A stretch of DNA of 64,000 bases. Origin: Desulfamplus sp. (GTDB lineage: Bacteria > Desulfobacterota > Desulfobacteria > Desulfobacterales > Desulfobacteraceae). The DNA lies in the NCBI GenBank assembly GCA_015231705.1, contig JADGBC010000001.1:4383-68382 (forward strand), written 5' to 3'. Under the pieces are notes generated by a model. The model was given only the letters and a program-made list of their open reading frames with translations, searched no databases and was not told the DNA's origin. Both the position numbers and the translations under genes were made by a program. This document shows, in pieces, positions 40,714-50,358 of this stretch (positions within the stretch are counted from its first letter, which is position 1; each line of letters begins with the position of its first letter).

Positions 40714-43671
40714 GTGAAAAGATACAAAATTATAGCAAACATATGCTTTGCCCTTATCTTGATTGCAATGCCGACCTCAAAACTATTGGCGGAAAATCTT
40801 CCTATCGATAATGAATCATCAAAATCTGTAATAAAAAATCAGCATTGGGAGATTTTTACAAATAGAGATAATGTAACGGCACTTCTTGTCTCTGATGATG
40901 GGAGTTCACTTTGGGTGGGGACAGAAGCAGGCCTTGAAAAAAGAGATGCTCTTACCGGAGAGATCAAAGAGATTTACACGAATCAAAATGGCTTGCCCAA
41001 CAATAAAATAACCTCTCTTCTTTCAGACAACCATGGCGGATTATGGGTAGATACATGGGACTGGGAACAGGGAGAGGGAAGCGGTCTTCTCCATATCAAT
41101 CAAGATGGAACGCTGGAGGTGTTGAATAAGGAAAACTCCGGATTGCTTGATAATAACATCAAATCCATTATTTCAGACGAGCAGGGAGGCTTATGGATAT
41201 ATACATGGAGCATAAATAAGTGGAACGGACGCGGTATTTCTCATCTGAAACCTGATGGATCATGGAATATTTTTACTCAAGATAATTCAGAGTTGCCGGA
41301 TGACGATATAGCATCATTTATTTCTGATGGCCATGGAGGCTTATGGATTGGGACTTACTATGGTGTTGCCCACCTTAAATCAGATCTGACATGGGAGCTA
41401 TTTAATGACGATAACTCCGATCTTCCACCTAATTGGGTTTATGCCCTTATTTCCGATGGTGATGGAGGTGTATGGGCAGGAACAGCAGATGCTCTTGCAC
41501 ATATCAAGGCAGACGGGACATTGGAGCTGTTCAGCAAAGATAATTCATCTTTGCCGAGTAATGCTGTAACATCCTTTCTTTCCGACGGTCATGGAGGTCT
41601 ATGGGCTCAAGGATATGATCCAGGTGATTTCACCCATATCAAGAGTGACGGAACATGGGAAGTGTTTAATAACGAACAGTTTGCTCTGCCCGGAGCCAAG
41701 ATAAAATGCCTGCTTGCTGACGATCAAGGCAGTATCTGGGTTGGAACTGATGGCGGGCTTGCACATCTTAAAGATGATGGTTCATGGGAGGCATTTAGTT
41801 CAGAAAATTCCGGACTGACAAGCAATCTGGTAAAGTCTCTTTTCTTAGATGGAAGAGATGGAATATGGATAGGAACTGATGGAGGCCTTGTACATCTTGA
41901 TAGAGACCGATCATGGAAAGTGTTCAATTCAGGTGTATCAGGGTTGCCAAACAACCATATTCTCTCTCTTCTTTCCGATGCCGATGAAGAAGGAGATCTC
42001 TGGATAGGTACTAACAATGGTCTTGCACACCATAAAACGGATGGAACATGGGATATCTTTAATAAGGAAAATTCAGGGCTGCCGGATAACACGATAAATT
42101 CTCTTCTTAATGATCAAAGGGGTGGTATATGGGTTGGAACTGATAGCGGGCTTTCGCACTTTAAGGTTGATGGAACATGGGAGAACTTTAATAAAGAGAA
42201 TTCAGGGTTGCCACATAATAATATTCAAAAAGCATCGCTTGCGTCAGATTCTCAAGGCGGTATCTGGGTGGCGACAGATGGTGGACTTGCATACTTTAAG
42301 GCTGATGGAACATGGGAAATTTTTAATAAAACAAATTCGGGTCTTCCATATAGCTCCTTTAACTCGATTATTTCTGATGACCAGGGTGGTGTGTGGGTGA
42401 CATCCTATTACTGGGAATATCACTGGGGGGGCATTATCTCTACCCCTTCCAGATGGGTAAGTACTGTTGCCCACTTAAAGGCGGACAGGACACTGGATAT
42501 TTATAATACAGAAAACTCTGCGTTGCTGGAAAACAGAACAATACATTCCATATCTTTAGATGGAGAAGGTGGCTTATGGATCGGAACCGACGGAACTCTT
42601 TTGCACCTTAAGGCGGATACAACATGGCAAATGTTTAATAAAGATAATTCCGGTTTGCCTCATAATTGGGTAATAGGCACCATTTCTCCAGACAAGACAG
42701 GCGGTATCTGGATCGGAACTGATGGCGGACTTGCACATTTTAAGGCAGATGGAACATGGGAGAACTTTAATCCGGAGAACTCGGACCTTCCAGATGACTA
42801 TGTTACATCAACTCTTTCTGACAATAGTGGAGGTGCATGGATAGGAACCAGCAGCGGGCTTGCCCATCTGACTTTCACTTCAACAGATATTGAGATGACT
42901 GTAGAGCCTGTGACACAATCGGGAACCGTTCTGCCGTTTTTTGCATTAGACGGCAAAATTCTTCTTAAAGCCCGAACTTCTATCATTGAAGGTAAAATCA
43001 GCCGTGTCTGGGCAGTTATACGTCCACCGCATATGGATAATATGGTTGATGACAACGGCTTGCCTGCACTGACTTTTCCAAAAACAGAGATCTATCCATC
43101 TGAAACCGAAAAAAATATCTGGGAAGGAGTCTGGAACGGTTTTGTTTACAAGGGAGATTATGAAATCACATTCTATGCAGAAGCAGACAACGGGCAGATT
43201 GAGAGCAGCGAATCGGTAAAGCTGACTATTGTCGGTGGTAAGGAGCTCCCTGAGAAGGCATCGCTCAAGGTCAATATCAATACTGACAGCTCTGATGAGG
43301 TCTATGGTGCCGGAGAATCCCTTATTCTGTCTGTAACAGAAAACCTTTCATATGGGTATGATCTTTATGTTGCCCTTATCATGCCGGATGGACAATTTAC
43401 AGCCTTGAAAAACAGAGTTCAGGATTGCAGCGAGTTAAAAGAATATAATCAGCTCAACCAGACTGACAGATGGCCGGATATTAATAGAAACATGGCTAAC
43501 CCCGTAACAGTCCTGGATATGATCCTGCCCCAGGAAAAACTTCAGCCCGGCCGATATTGTCTCTATGCCGCACTGATCCCTAAAGGTCAGGATCTGATAA
43601 CTGCTTTTGACAAAGGTCTGTTTACTCTTGATGGAGCATGTTTCGAGATCACGATTTCAAGTATTTTTTAA
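40714..43671 (+). CDS. Secreted beta-propeller protein with ~15 Reg_prop-type repeats and Ig-like C-terminal domains
   Basis: Signal peptide; ~44-aa repeats NSGLPxNxIxSxxSDxxGGxWxGTxGGLAHxKxDGTW; no TM or kinase domain. Confidence 0.8.
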   Translation: MKRYKIIANICFALILIAMPTSKLLAENLPIDNESSKSVIKNQHWEIFTNRDNVTALLVSDDGSSLWVGTEAGLEKRDALTGEIKEIYTNQNGLPNNKITSLLSDNHGGLWVDTWDWEQGEGSGLLHINQDGTLEVLNKENSGLLDNNIKSIISDEQGGLWIYTWSINKWNGRGISHLKPDGSWNIFTQDNSELPDDDIASFISDGHGGLWIGTYYGVAHLKSDLTWELFNDDNSDLPPNWVYALISDGDGGVWAGTADALAHIKADGTLELFSKDNSSLPSNAVTSFLSDGHGGLWAQGYDPGDFTHIKSDGTWEVFNNEQFALPGAKIKCLLADDQGSIWVGTDGGLAHLKDDGSWEAFSSENSGLTSNLVKSLFLDGRDGIWIGTDGGLVHLDRDRSWKVFNSGVSGLPNNHILSLLSDADEEGDLWIGTNNGLAHHKTDGTWDIFNKENSGLPDNTINSLLNDQRGGIWVGTDSGLSHFKVDGTWENFNKENSGLPHNNIQKASLASDSQGGIWVATDGGLAYFKADGTWEIFNKTNSGLPYSSFNSIISDDQGGVWVTSYYWEYHWGGIISTPSRWVSTVAHLKADRTLDIYNTENSALLENRTIHSISLDGEGGLWIGTDGTLLHLKADTTWQMFNKDNSGLPHNWVIGTISPDKTGGIWIGTDGGLAHFKADGTWENFNPENSDLPDDYVTSTLSDNSGGAWIGTSSGLAHLTFTSTDIEMTVEPVTQSGTVLPFFALDGKILLKARTSIIEGKISRVWAVIRPPHMDNMVDDNGLPALTFPKTEIYPSETEKNIWEGVWNGFVYKGDYEITFYAEADNGQIESSESVKLTIVGGKELPEKASLKVNINTDSSDEVYGAGESLILSVTENLSYGYDLYVALIMPDGQFTALKNRVQDCSELKEYNQLNQTDRWPDINRNMANPVTVLDMILPQEKLQPGRYCLYAALIPKGQDLITAFDKGLFTLDGACFEITISSIF

Positions 43672-43684
43672 CCTACAATGAAGC

Positions 43685-43706
43685 TCCCCGCCGAAAGAGG
43701 CGGGGA
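43685..43706. terminator. GC-rich hairpin between convergent genes (terminator or IS200/605-end-like relic)
   Basis: TCCCCGCC-gaaaga-GGCGGGGA. Confidence 0.55.
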
Positions 43707-43724
43707 AGGATCTATTTTTATAAA

Positions 43725-43781
43725 GACTTTCATGATTCGTTGTGGCCGGAAGCAATACACCGCTCCGGCGGTGCTGGTTAT
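43725..43781 (+). repeat. Palindromic dispersed element (family 2)
   Basis: 49/58 identical to 7479-7536; its end overlaps the sat-cysC stop codon. Confidence 0.8.
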
Positions 43782-45652
43782 ATAAAACCCTGTTGACCAA
43801 TATAAAGCAGAATCTCATGAGCAGCTTCATCTGGTGTGATGTTCGTAGTATCTATGGTTATCTCATTGTTTTCCGGTATCTCGTAGGGGTCATCCACTCC
43901 TGTAAACCCTTTTAACAGCCCGGCTCTTGCCTTTGCATACATCCCCTTACGGTCACGCTTTTCACACTCTTCAACAGGAGTTGCCACATGCACTTCAAAA
44001 AAACCACCATGCATTTCAATTGCACTTCTGATTTCAGATCTTGTCTTTTCATATGGGGCTATCGGTGCACAGATGGCAACACCACGATTTTTTGTTATCT
44101 CTGCTGCTACAAAACCAATGCGTCGTACATTGATATCCCTGTGCTCTTTGGAGAAATTAAGTTCACTTGAGAGATTTCTTCTGACGATATCACCATCAAG
44201 CAGTGTGACCGGTCTGGTACCTATCTCCATGAATTTTGCGTAGAGTACATTGGCAATAGTGGATTTGCCTGCCCCTGACAGTCCTGTCAGAAAGACTGTA
44301 AAACCCTGCCCGGAGGGTGGAGGGTAGGATTTTTTCAATTCACTTACAACTTCGGGAAAGGTCGCCCACTCCGGCACACTTTTTCCTGCACGAATTCTTT
44401 TTCTGATATCTGTACCTGACAGAAAGATTGGCTCTGACAGAGGGGTTGTTTCTGTATAGCCTGAATTTGAAGTAGCATTTGAACCTTTACCTGTGGAGAA
44501 TTCACTTGCAGAAAAATTTGAATCTTTACCTGCCACAAATTCGCTTTCAGAAATTTTACCTGCAAGAATTTCGTCTTCAAACCGGTATTCATCCTCAAAT
44601 GGCAGGTATAGCATTTTTTTAAATGATATTACCTCAACTCCGATTTCAGGGGCGGCCTCAGACGCAAGTCTGGAAGCATCCTCACAGTTATAAAAAGGTA
44701 CTCCATTTTTATCCATTCCAGGACTTGAGTGGTCATATCCTATTATAAAATGGGTGCAGCCAAAATTTTTACCCATGATCATGTGAAGCAGAGCATCTCG
44801 TGGCCCTGCCATTCTCATGGCTAATGGAAGAAGATTTAGCAGAAAAGAGTTTGGGGGGTAGTGAGATTCCATCTTTTTATAGCACTTCATACGGGTAAAA
44901 TGGTCAAAGTCACCTGGTTTTGTCTCTCCGGCAACGGGCAGAAGAAGAAGATTAGCCTTGGCCATCTGCATGGCCCTGATTGTCATCTCAAACTGCGGTC
45001 TATGCAGAGGTTGATGTGTCTGAAAACCAACCACCCTTTTCCATCCAAATTTTTTGAATATTTCCCGCACTTCTTCAGGAGACCTTCTGAGCTGCTTGAA
45101 ATCGGAATGGATCGGAAGACTCATAGTTTCAACCTTTCCTCCTATGTAAAACTGCCCTGACCTATTATATAGATAGTGGACCCCTGGATGCTCTATGTCC
45201 TTTGTTCCATATAGAATCATCGTCTCTCTATCCCTGTCGACAGGCCATATATCTTCAACACTCATCATTCCAAGCAGAAAGCCTTCAGGATCCCTGAGCA
45301 TTACAGACTGGCCTGTTTCCAGGGTATTTCCAAGAGATTCTGGTACATCAAGACATATGGGTACAGGCCATAGCTCCCCTGTTGAAAGACGCATTCTGTC
45401 CAGTACAGTTTCATAGTCAATCTGTGTCATAAAGCCTTTTAAAGGTGAATAGGCTCCAGTTGAAAGAAGCTCAAAGTCACACATCTGACGGGGATTGAGA
45501 ATAACATCTGGCATTGTGGATGACACTTTTTTTAAAAGCTCGCAACGTTCATGATCGACAATCAAATTGACAAGCTGGCTGCTGTTGCCATGTGCAAGAG
45601 GGGGAAAACAGGCAGTTTTATTTTTTAACATTTCATCTTTATCTGTTACCAT
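43778..45652 (-). CDS. Fused sulfate adenylyltransferase-like / adenylylsulfate kinase (Sat-CysC)
   Basis: GAYSPLKGFM, WPVPICLD, MRMAGPRDA sulfurylase fold; [26 protein letters not shown] kinase. Confidence 0.9.
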   Translation of the reverse strand: MVTDKDEMLKNKTACFPPLAHGNSSQLVNLIVDHERCELLKKVSSTMPDVILNPRQMCDFELLSTGAYSPLKGFMTQIDYETVLDRMRLSTGELWPVPICLDVPESLGNTLETGQSVMLRDPEGFLLGMMSVEDIWPVDRDRETMILYGTKDIEHPGVHYLYNRSGQFYIGGKVETMSLPIHSDFKQLRRSPEEVREIFKKFGWKRVVGFQTHQPLHRPQFEMTIRAMQMAKANLLLLPVAGETKPGDFDHFTRMKCYKKMESHYPPNSFLLNLLPLAMRMAGPRDALLHMIMGKNFGCTHFIIGYDHSSPGMDKNGVPFYNCEDASRLASEAAPEIGVEVISFKKMLYLPFEDEYRFEDEILAGKISESEFVAGKDSNFSASEFSTGKGSNATSNSGYTETTPLSEPIFLSGTDIRKRIRAGKSVPEWATFPEVVSELKKSYPPPSGQGFTVFLTGLSGAGKSTIANVLYAKFMEIGTRPVTLLDGDIVRRNLSSELNFSKEHRDINVRRIGFVAAEITKNRGVAICAPIAPYEKTRSEIRSAIEMHGGFFEVHVATPVEECEKRDRKGMYAKARAGLLKGFTGVDDPYEIPENNEITIDTTNITPDEAAHEILLYIGQQGFI

Positions 45653-45802
45653 TTTATCTCCATAAAAAATTTACAAAACTCGATCATGGCCGTTGACCAC
45701 AATATCAATAGACTCAATTGTGCAAATCTTATATCCAACCAACTTGACTATTGGTATCCTTTGCTGTAATAGATCGAACCATCTTTATAATGACAGTTCA
45801 TG

Positions 45803-45874
45803 AGTTGATATTAAATTACAGCAAGTGTACATAAGTTGATCTATAAGTTGATCTTAAATTACAACAGTGTACAT
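45803..45874 (+). repeat. Imperfect direct repeat (~30 bp x2 plus partial) in divergent promoter region
   Basis: agttgatattaaattacagcaagtgtacat / agttgatcttaaattacaacagtgtacat. Confidence 0.7.
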
Positions 45875-45904
45875 TTTTTTCAAATAATCAAACCAAGACT
45901 TTAA

Positions 45905-46966
45905 ATGCAAAGCTTTACTCTAAAAAACCATTTGTCTCTTGCAATTTTTCTATTTCTTGTATCCGCAGCCATCAGTCTGTTTCTGATAAAGCATACAAAA
46001 GTACTTGATATTCCAAATGGCCGATCTTCACACTCCAAACCTACTCCAACAATTGGCGGAGTAGCAATTGTTTTCACATTTTTTCTGAGCATGGCTATCC
46101 TCTATTTTTTTGCCCACACCACAATGATCACAGAAAGATACTTTCTTGGTTTTACATTCTCAAGCCTGTTAATTGCCGGCATGTCATTCTATGATGACTT
46201 TAAGTGTAAACCCTTTTACATCAAGCTTGCAACACAGATTTTTGCTGTGATTGTTGTAATGTCCTTTGGTATCATCATCCACCAGATTAATTTTCCCTAT
46301 AATTTTCTTTTCTTGAATGATAAATCACTTGGAGCGGCAAGCTATGTGATTACCTTTGGATGGATACTTGGTATGACAAACGCTTATAATTTCATGGATG
46401 GACTAAATGGTATGGCTGGAGGAAACGCCATAATAGCATCCATCTTCTTCTGCATCATATCTCTTGATCAGGGAAGCGATTTTACCTATATGGTATCTTA
46501 TACTCTTGCAGCAGGAGTCTCAGGTTTTTTGATCTTTAATTTCCCAAGGGGAAAGTTGTTCATGGGAGATATCGGCAGCACATTTTTAGGATTCTCATTT
46601 GCAACATTATCCATTATCGCATCCCTTTATGATAACGCCCATACATCTTTATTAATTATTCCACTGCTCTTTTTTCATTTTATTTACGACACTTTTTTTA
46701 CTTTTATACGTCGAATGATAAACGGAGAAAATGTCTTCCAGGCACATAGAACCCATTTATACCAGCTATTCAACAGACTTGGCTACAGACATTTTTCAGT
46801 TACCATGTTTTACTATACTGTAGCCGTAGCACAAGGTATGGGTGCTCTGTGGATGATCAAAATACCAGGACTGCAAAGATTGCTGATATTTATTCCATAC
46901 TTAGTGTTTCAGATAATCTATAGCATTGTGATTATATATTACGCAAAAAAAAGAGGTGTAATATGA
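45905..46966 (+). CDS. MraY/WecA-family polyprenyl-phosphate glycosyl-1-phosphate transferase
   Basis: RSSH..PTP..GG, YDD, NAYNFMDGLNG, FMGDIGS, AHRTHLYQ. Confidence 0.92.
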   Translation: MQSFTLKNHLSLAIFLFLVSAAISLFLIKHTKVLDIPNGRSSHSKPTPTIGGVAIVFTFFLSMAILYFFAHTTMITERYFLGFTFSSLLIAGMSFYDDFKCKPFYIKLATQIFAVIVVMSFGIIIHQINFPYNFLFLNDKSLGAASYVITFGWILGMTNAYNFMDGLNGMAGGNAIIASIFFCIISLDQGSDFTYMVSYTLAAGVSGFLIFNFPRGKLFMGDIGSTFLGFSFATLSIIASLYDNAHTSLLIIPLLFFHFIYDTFFTFIRRMINGENVFQAHRTHLYQLFNRLGYRHFSVTMFYYTVAVAQGMGALWMIKIPGLQRLLIFIPYLVFQIIYSIVIIYYAKKRGVI

Positions 46967-47361
46967 ATGACTCTTTACCCAAATCAGCATCACCCAAGAA
47001 TGAACAAAAAAACCCAAAACATGAGGCTTCATCACCCGGAGACAAAGAGAACTCACCTGCAATAATATTTGGATTAAAAGATTATCCAAGACCCAGAAAC
47101 TCAGGTTTTTTTTACTGCAAACCCCCTTCTATGTTTGGAAATTTCAGCATCAAAACCCTTGCAGTACTTGATCTTTACAATACAGACAGACAATATATTA
47201 CCCAGATAATAACCAAAGGTATTGAGTGTATGCTCGAAGATGATGAGTATGCTGATAACAAAGAGCATTACCTGACAAATTATGAAACTGAGAATATGAA
47301 GCCGTTTGTCCAGAATATTCTTAAACAGGTGATTGAAAACAAGCTTTTGTTGACATTATGA
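46963..47361 (+). CDS. Hypothetical protein
   Basis: 4-nt ATGA overlaps with both neighbours suggest translational coupling. Confidence 0.55.
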   Translation: MNDSLPKSASPKNEQKNPKHEASSPGDKENSPAIIFGLKDYPRPRNSGFFYCKPPSMFGNFSIKTLAVLDLYNTDRQYITQIITKGIECMLEDDEYADNKEHYLTNYETENMKPFVQNILKQVIENKLLLTL

Positions 47362-48134
47362 ATCTGATACTTTTATTCGAGGAGGATTTCACAGCTCAAG
47401 AGAGGGTTCTCCTTTACGGAAGAAGATTGGAACATATTAGAAAGGTTCATCGTGCCAATAGAGGAGATACTCTGAATGTCGGGCTTTTGAACAACCGCAT
47501 GGGCAGAGGTAAAATTATTGCTATAGATAACAGCAGTGTTGAGATGGAAATAACGCTTGACCATGAACCGCCCCCTCCCCTGCCCCTCACTTTGGTAATT
47601 GCCCTGCCAAGACCCAAGATGCTAAGGCGGATTCTGCAGTCTGTAGCCTCTCTTGGTATCAAGGAGATTTACCTTATCAACTCATGGCGTGTAGAAAAAT
47701 CCTTCTGGTCATCTCCATTTCTTGCACCTGAGAGGCTTAACAACGAGCTTGCTATAGGTCTTGAGCAGGCCAAAGATACCATAATGCCCATGATCTATTT
47801 AAAACGTCTCTTTAAACCTTTTGTCACAGAAGAGCTTTTTCTGCTTGCCGAAGGGAAGAACTCAAGCTCTATTTCAACATTTTCAAATCCTCCAGCTGAT
47901 AGTGCAGGCACAAATCAACGTAGACCCATTGCAATCACAGCACACCCGGGAGCTATTACTCCATGTCCGGAAGGGATAACGCAAAGCTCTATTCTCGTAA
48001 TGGGGCCGGAAGGTGGATTCATTGACATTGAGATCGATACACTTGAACAAACAGGCTTCACAACTGTAAATATTGGCAAAAGAATTCTGAGACTTGAAAC
48101 AGCAGTCCCATTCATTGTATCAAAATTATATTAA
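47358..48134 (+). CDS. rsmE: 16S rRNA m3U1498 methyltransferase
   Basis: EQA, MGPEGGF, GKRILRLETA SPOUT motifs. Confidence 0.9.
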   Translation: MNLILLFEEDFTAQERVLLYGRRLEHIRKVHRANRGDTLNVGLLNNRMGRGKIIAIDNSSVEMEITLDHEPPPPLPLTLVIALPRPKMLRRILQSVASLGIKEIYLINSWRVEKSFWSSPFLAPERLNNELAIGLEQAKDTIMPMIYLKRLFKPFVTEELFLLAEGKNSSSISTFSNPPADSAGTNQRRPIAITAHPGAITPCPEGITQSSILVMGPEGGFIDIEIDTLEQTGFTTVNIGKRILRLETAVPFIVSKLY

Positions 48135-48168
48135 GCTCAAAACTGGTATGGCCACATCTTTATACTCA

Positions 48169-48210
48169 AATATTCATGGCCATTGTTTTGTGACACCGAA
48201 TCATGAAAAT
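48169..48210 (-). repeat. Family 2 palindromic element
   Basis: Minus strand attttcatgattcggtgtcacaaaacaatggccatgaatatt. Confidence 0.55.
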
Positions 48211-48240
48211 TTAACAAAATTGTTTTTAAGGAATATATAA

Positions 48241-48456
48241 ATGACACAGAGCCGGACAAAGAACACAAAAGACACACCCTCTCAAACAACTGAAAATAAA
48301 AACAAAATTAACCCTGAACGTAAAATGGCATTTGAAAGTCTGCCCCCGCATATGAGGGAAAATATGACCGATGAGGAGATAGAACTTTTCCTTTATGCCA
48401 AAGAGTGGCCAGAATCCATGTTTAAAAAGTTTGATGAATTTATTTTTACCAAATAG
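48241..48456 (+). CDS. Small hypothetical protein
   Basis: AAGGA RBS; globular-looking C-terminus (FESLPPH..EEIELFL..EWPES). Confidence 0.6.
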   Translation: MTQSRTKNTKDTPSQTTENKNKINPERKMAFESLPPHMRENMTDEEIELFLYAKEWPESMFKKFDEFIFTK

Positions 48457-48619
48457 AACAGTAAGTATATAAGTGCACAATTTATTATCGACAAAGTTTT
48501 GTCAATGTGGCACTGACAAGTTCCTATACATAAGGTCTGTGGGCTACAAAAATATAGACTTCAGATGCGATAGATATCATGAGTTATCTGGATGAGTGAC
48601 TTACTATCATTGCCTGTTT

Positions 48620-49618
48620 TCAAGATATCAGGTTAACCAGAACCCTCCCTTTCTGCATGCCTTTAAGTATAAGGCTGATATTATCATCAAGCTCCTGAAG
48701 AGAAATCTCTTTGCAAAAGCCGTCCGGATAGCTCAATTTCCATCCATCTGCAAACAGTTTCCAGATCGCAAGTCTGTGATCCATAGGGCAATTCTGTGAA
48801 TCAATTCCAATCAGCTTGACACCCCTTAAAATAAAAGGAAATACATTAATAGGAAGATCTGACGAAGCAACAAGGCCACAGCATGTAACCACTGCCCAGG
48901 AGAGTGTTGACTTGATGGCAGTAGCAAGAATATCTCCTCCCACGGTATCCACAACTCCTGCCCATCTTCCTTTAAGAACAGGCCGTCCGCTTTTATCGAC
49001 CGCATCTTCACGACTGATGATCTCTTTTGCTCCAAGCGATTTTAAAAAATCATTAGCATCAGGTTTTCCTGACACTCCAACTACGGTATATCCCAAGATT
49101 GACAGCAAAGATACCGCAATGCTTCCTACTCCTCCTGTAGCTCCTGTCACAAGAATCTCTCCATCGTCAGTCGAAATATCCCGAAGTATCGGAAAGACAG
49201 ACATGCCTGCTGTAAATCCTGCTGTACCAAGAATCATGCTCTCTTTGAGAGACATCGTTAGAGGAAGTTTAACCACCCATCCGGCTGGTACTCTTATATA
49301 TTGCCCAAAACCGCCTGATGTATTCATGCCAAGGTCATATCCGGTGACAAGAACTTCGTCACCAGTTTTAAATTGATCACTACGGCTATCCACGACAACA
49401 CCGGATGCGTCAATACCGGGTGTATGTGGATAATGTCTTGTAACCCCTTTGTTGCCTGTTGCAGAGAGAGCATCCTTGTAATTCAACGAGGAGTAATGAA
49501 CTCTTATCAGAACATCTCCATCTGGAAGCTCTTGTGTTGATGTTTCACAGACAGCTCCTGAAAAGCTGTTTTTGTCAGTCTCTCTAACAATAAATGCGGT
49601 GAAGTTTATCTGTTCCAT
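48620..49618 (-). CDS. YhdH/AcuI-family NADPH quinone oxidoreductase (acryloyl-CoA reductase-like)
   Basis: YSSLNYKDAL, GTAGFTA, VTGATGGVGS, PFILRGVKLIGIDS. Confidence 0.92.
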   Translation of the reverse strand: MEQINFTAFIVRETDKNSFSGAVCETSTQELPDGDVLIRVHYSSLNYKDALSATGNKGVTRHYPHTPGIDASGVVVDSRSDQFKTGDEVLVTGYDLGMNTSGGFGQYIRVPAGWVVKLPLTMSLKESMILGTAGFTAGMSVFPILRDISTDDGEILVTGATGGVGSIAVSLLSILGYTVVGVSGKPDANDFLKSLGAKEIISREDAVDKSGRPVLKGRWAGVVDTVGGDILATAIKSTLSWAVVTCCGLVASSDLPINVFPFILRGVKLIGIDSQNCPMDHRLAIWKLFADGWKLSYPDGFCKEISLQELDDNISLILKGMQKGRVLVNLIS

Positions 49619-49775
49619 TTTTAATCGCTCCCTTTTGATGTCATACATCCTGCAGCCATACCTCCTGCAGAACTAAATTTTCATCCAGTAAAATCAAGGA
49701 ATAAAATCCATTTTTGAAGAATGTCTATTGTGTACGAATTTGGATTCGTATTTCTGATTTTTATATCATTTTGCA

Positions 49776-50318
49776 TCATTGATTATTCTTATGCTTGACA
49801 TAGTCAGGATAAAGTATCTTTGCACACTCAGGACATATACCATGACTGAATGATGCTTGCGAGTGTTCGGTCACATACTTTTCTATCTGCTCATATTCAC
49901 CTGCCTCATTACGAATTTTCTTGCATGATGCACATATCGGCAAAATTCCTTCCAATATCTTGATTTCCTTTTCCAGCTCTTCTGTCTGCCATGCAGTCCT
50001 ATCAATCAGATACGCATAGATCATTAATACCAATACAGTTACAGGGGCATTAAGAAGGGCAGTATAAATAAATTGAATTGCGTTCCATGGAAAATAGAAC
50101 CCAACTCTTACCATAGGCAGCAATATTGCCATTGCATATGCAAGCCCTCTTTTCTGCCTCCATGCTGACATCCCGACCGGAAGAGCATAAGCAATCGGAA
50201 ATTCAATATGTCTTCCTGTTATATAGTCAATCAGCAGGACCGCAAATGCGACCAATATGCAGCACAACACTGTTCTTTTTATATACAACTCATGAATGAA
50301 TTTAATAACACTTCTCAT
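49776..50318 (-). CDS. Membrane protein with C-terminal CxxC..HxxCxxC putative Zn-binding domain
   Basis: About four TM segments followed by LPICASCKKIRN...FSHGICPEC. Confidence 0.75.
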   Translation of the reverse strand: MRSVIKFIHELYIKRTVLCCILVAFAVLLIDYITGRHIEFPIAYALPVGMSAWRQKRGLAYAMAILLPMVRVGFYFPWNAIQFIYTALLNAPVTVLVLMIYAYLIDRTAWQTEELEKEIKILEGILPICASCKKIRNEAGEYEQIEKYVTEHSQASFSHGICPECAKILYPDYVKHKNNQ

Positions 50319-50358
50319 TTAGTAAACCTCAATGTGTATCATTACATCCTCGAAATAT

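Noticed and set aside
40850-42870. DGR template/variable repeat pair
   Set aside because: Nucleotide repeats correspond to propeller protein repeats; no adenine-specific divergence and no reverse transcriptase
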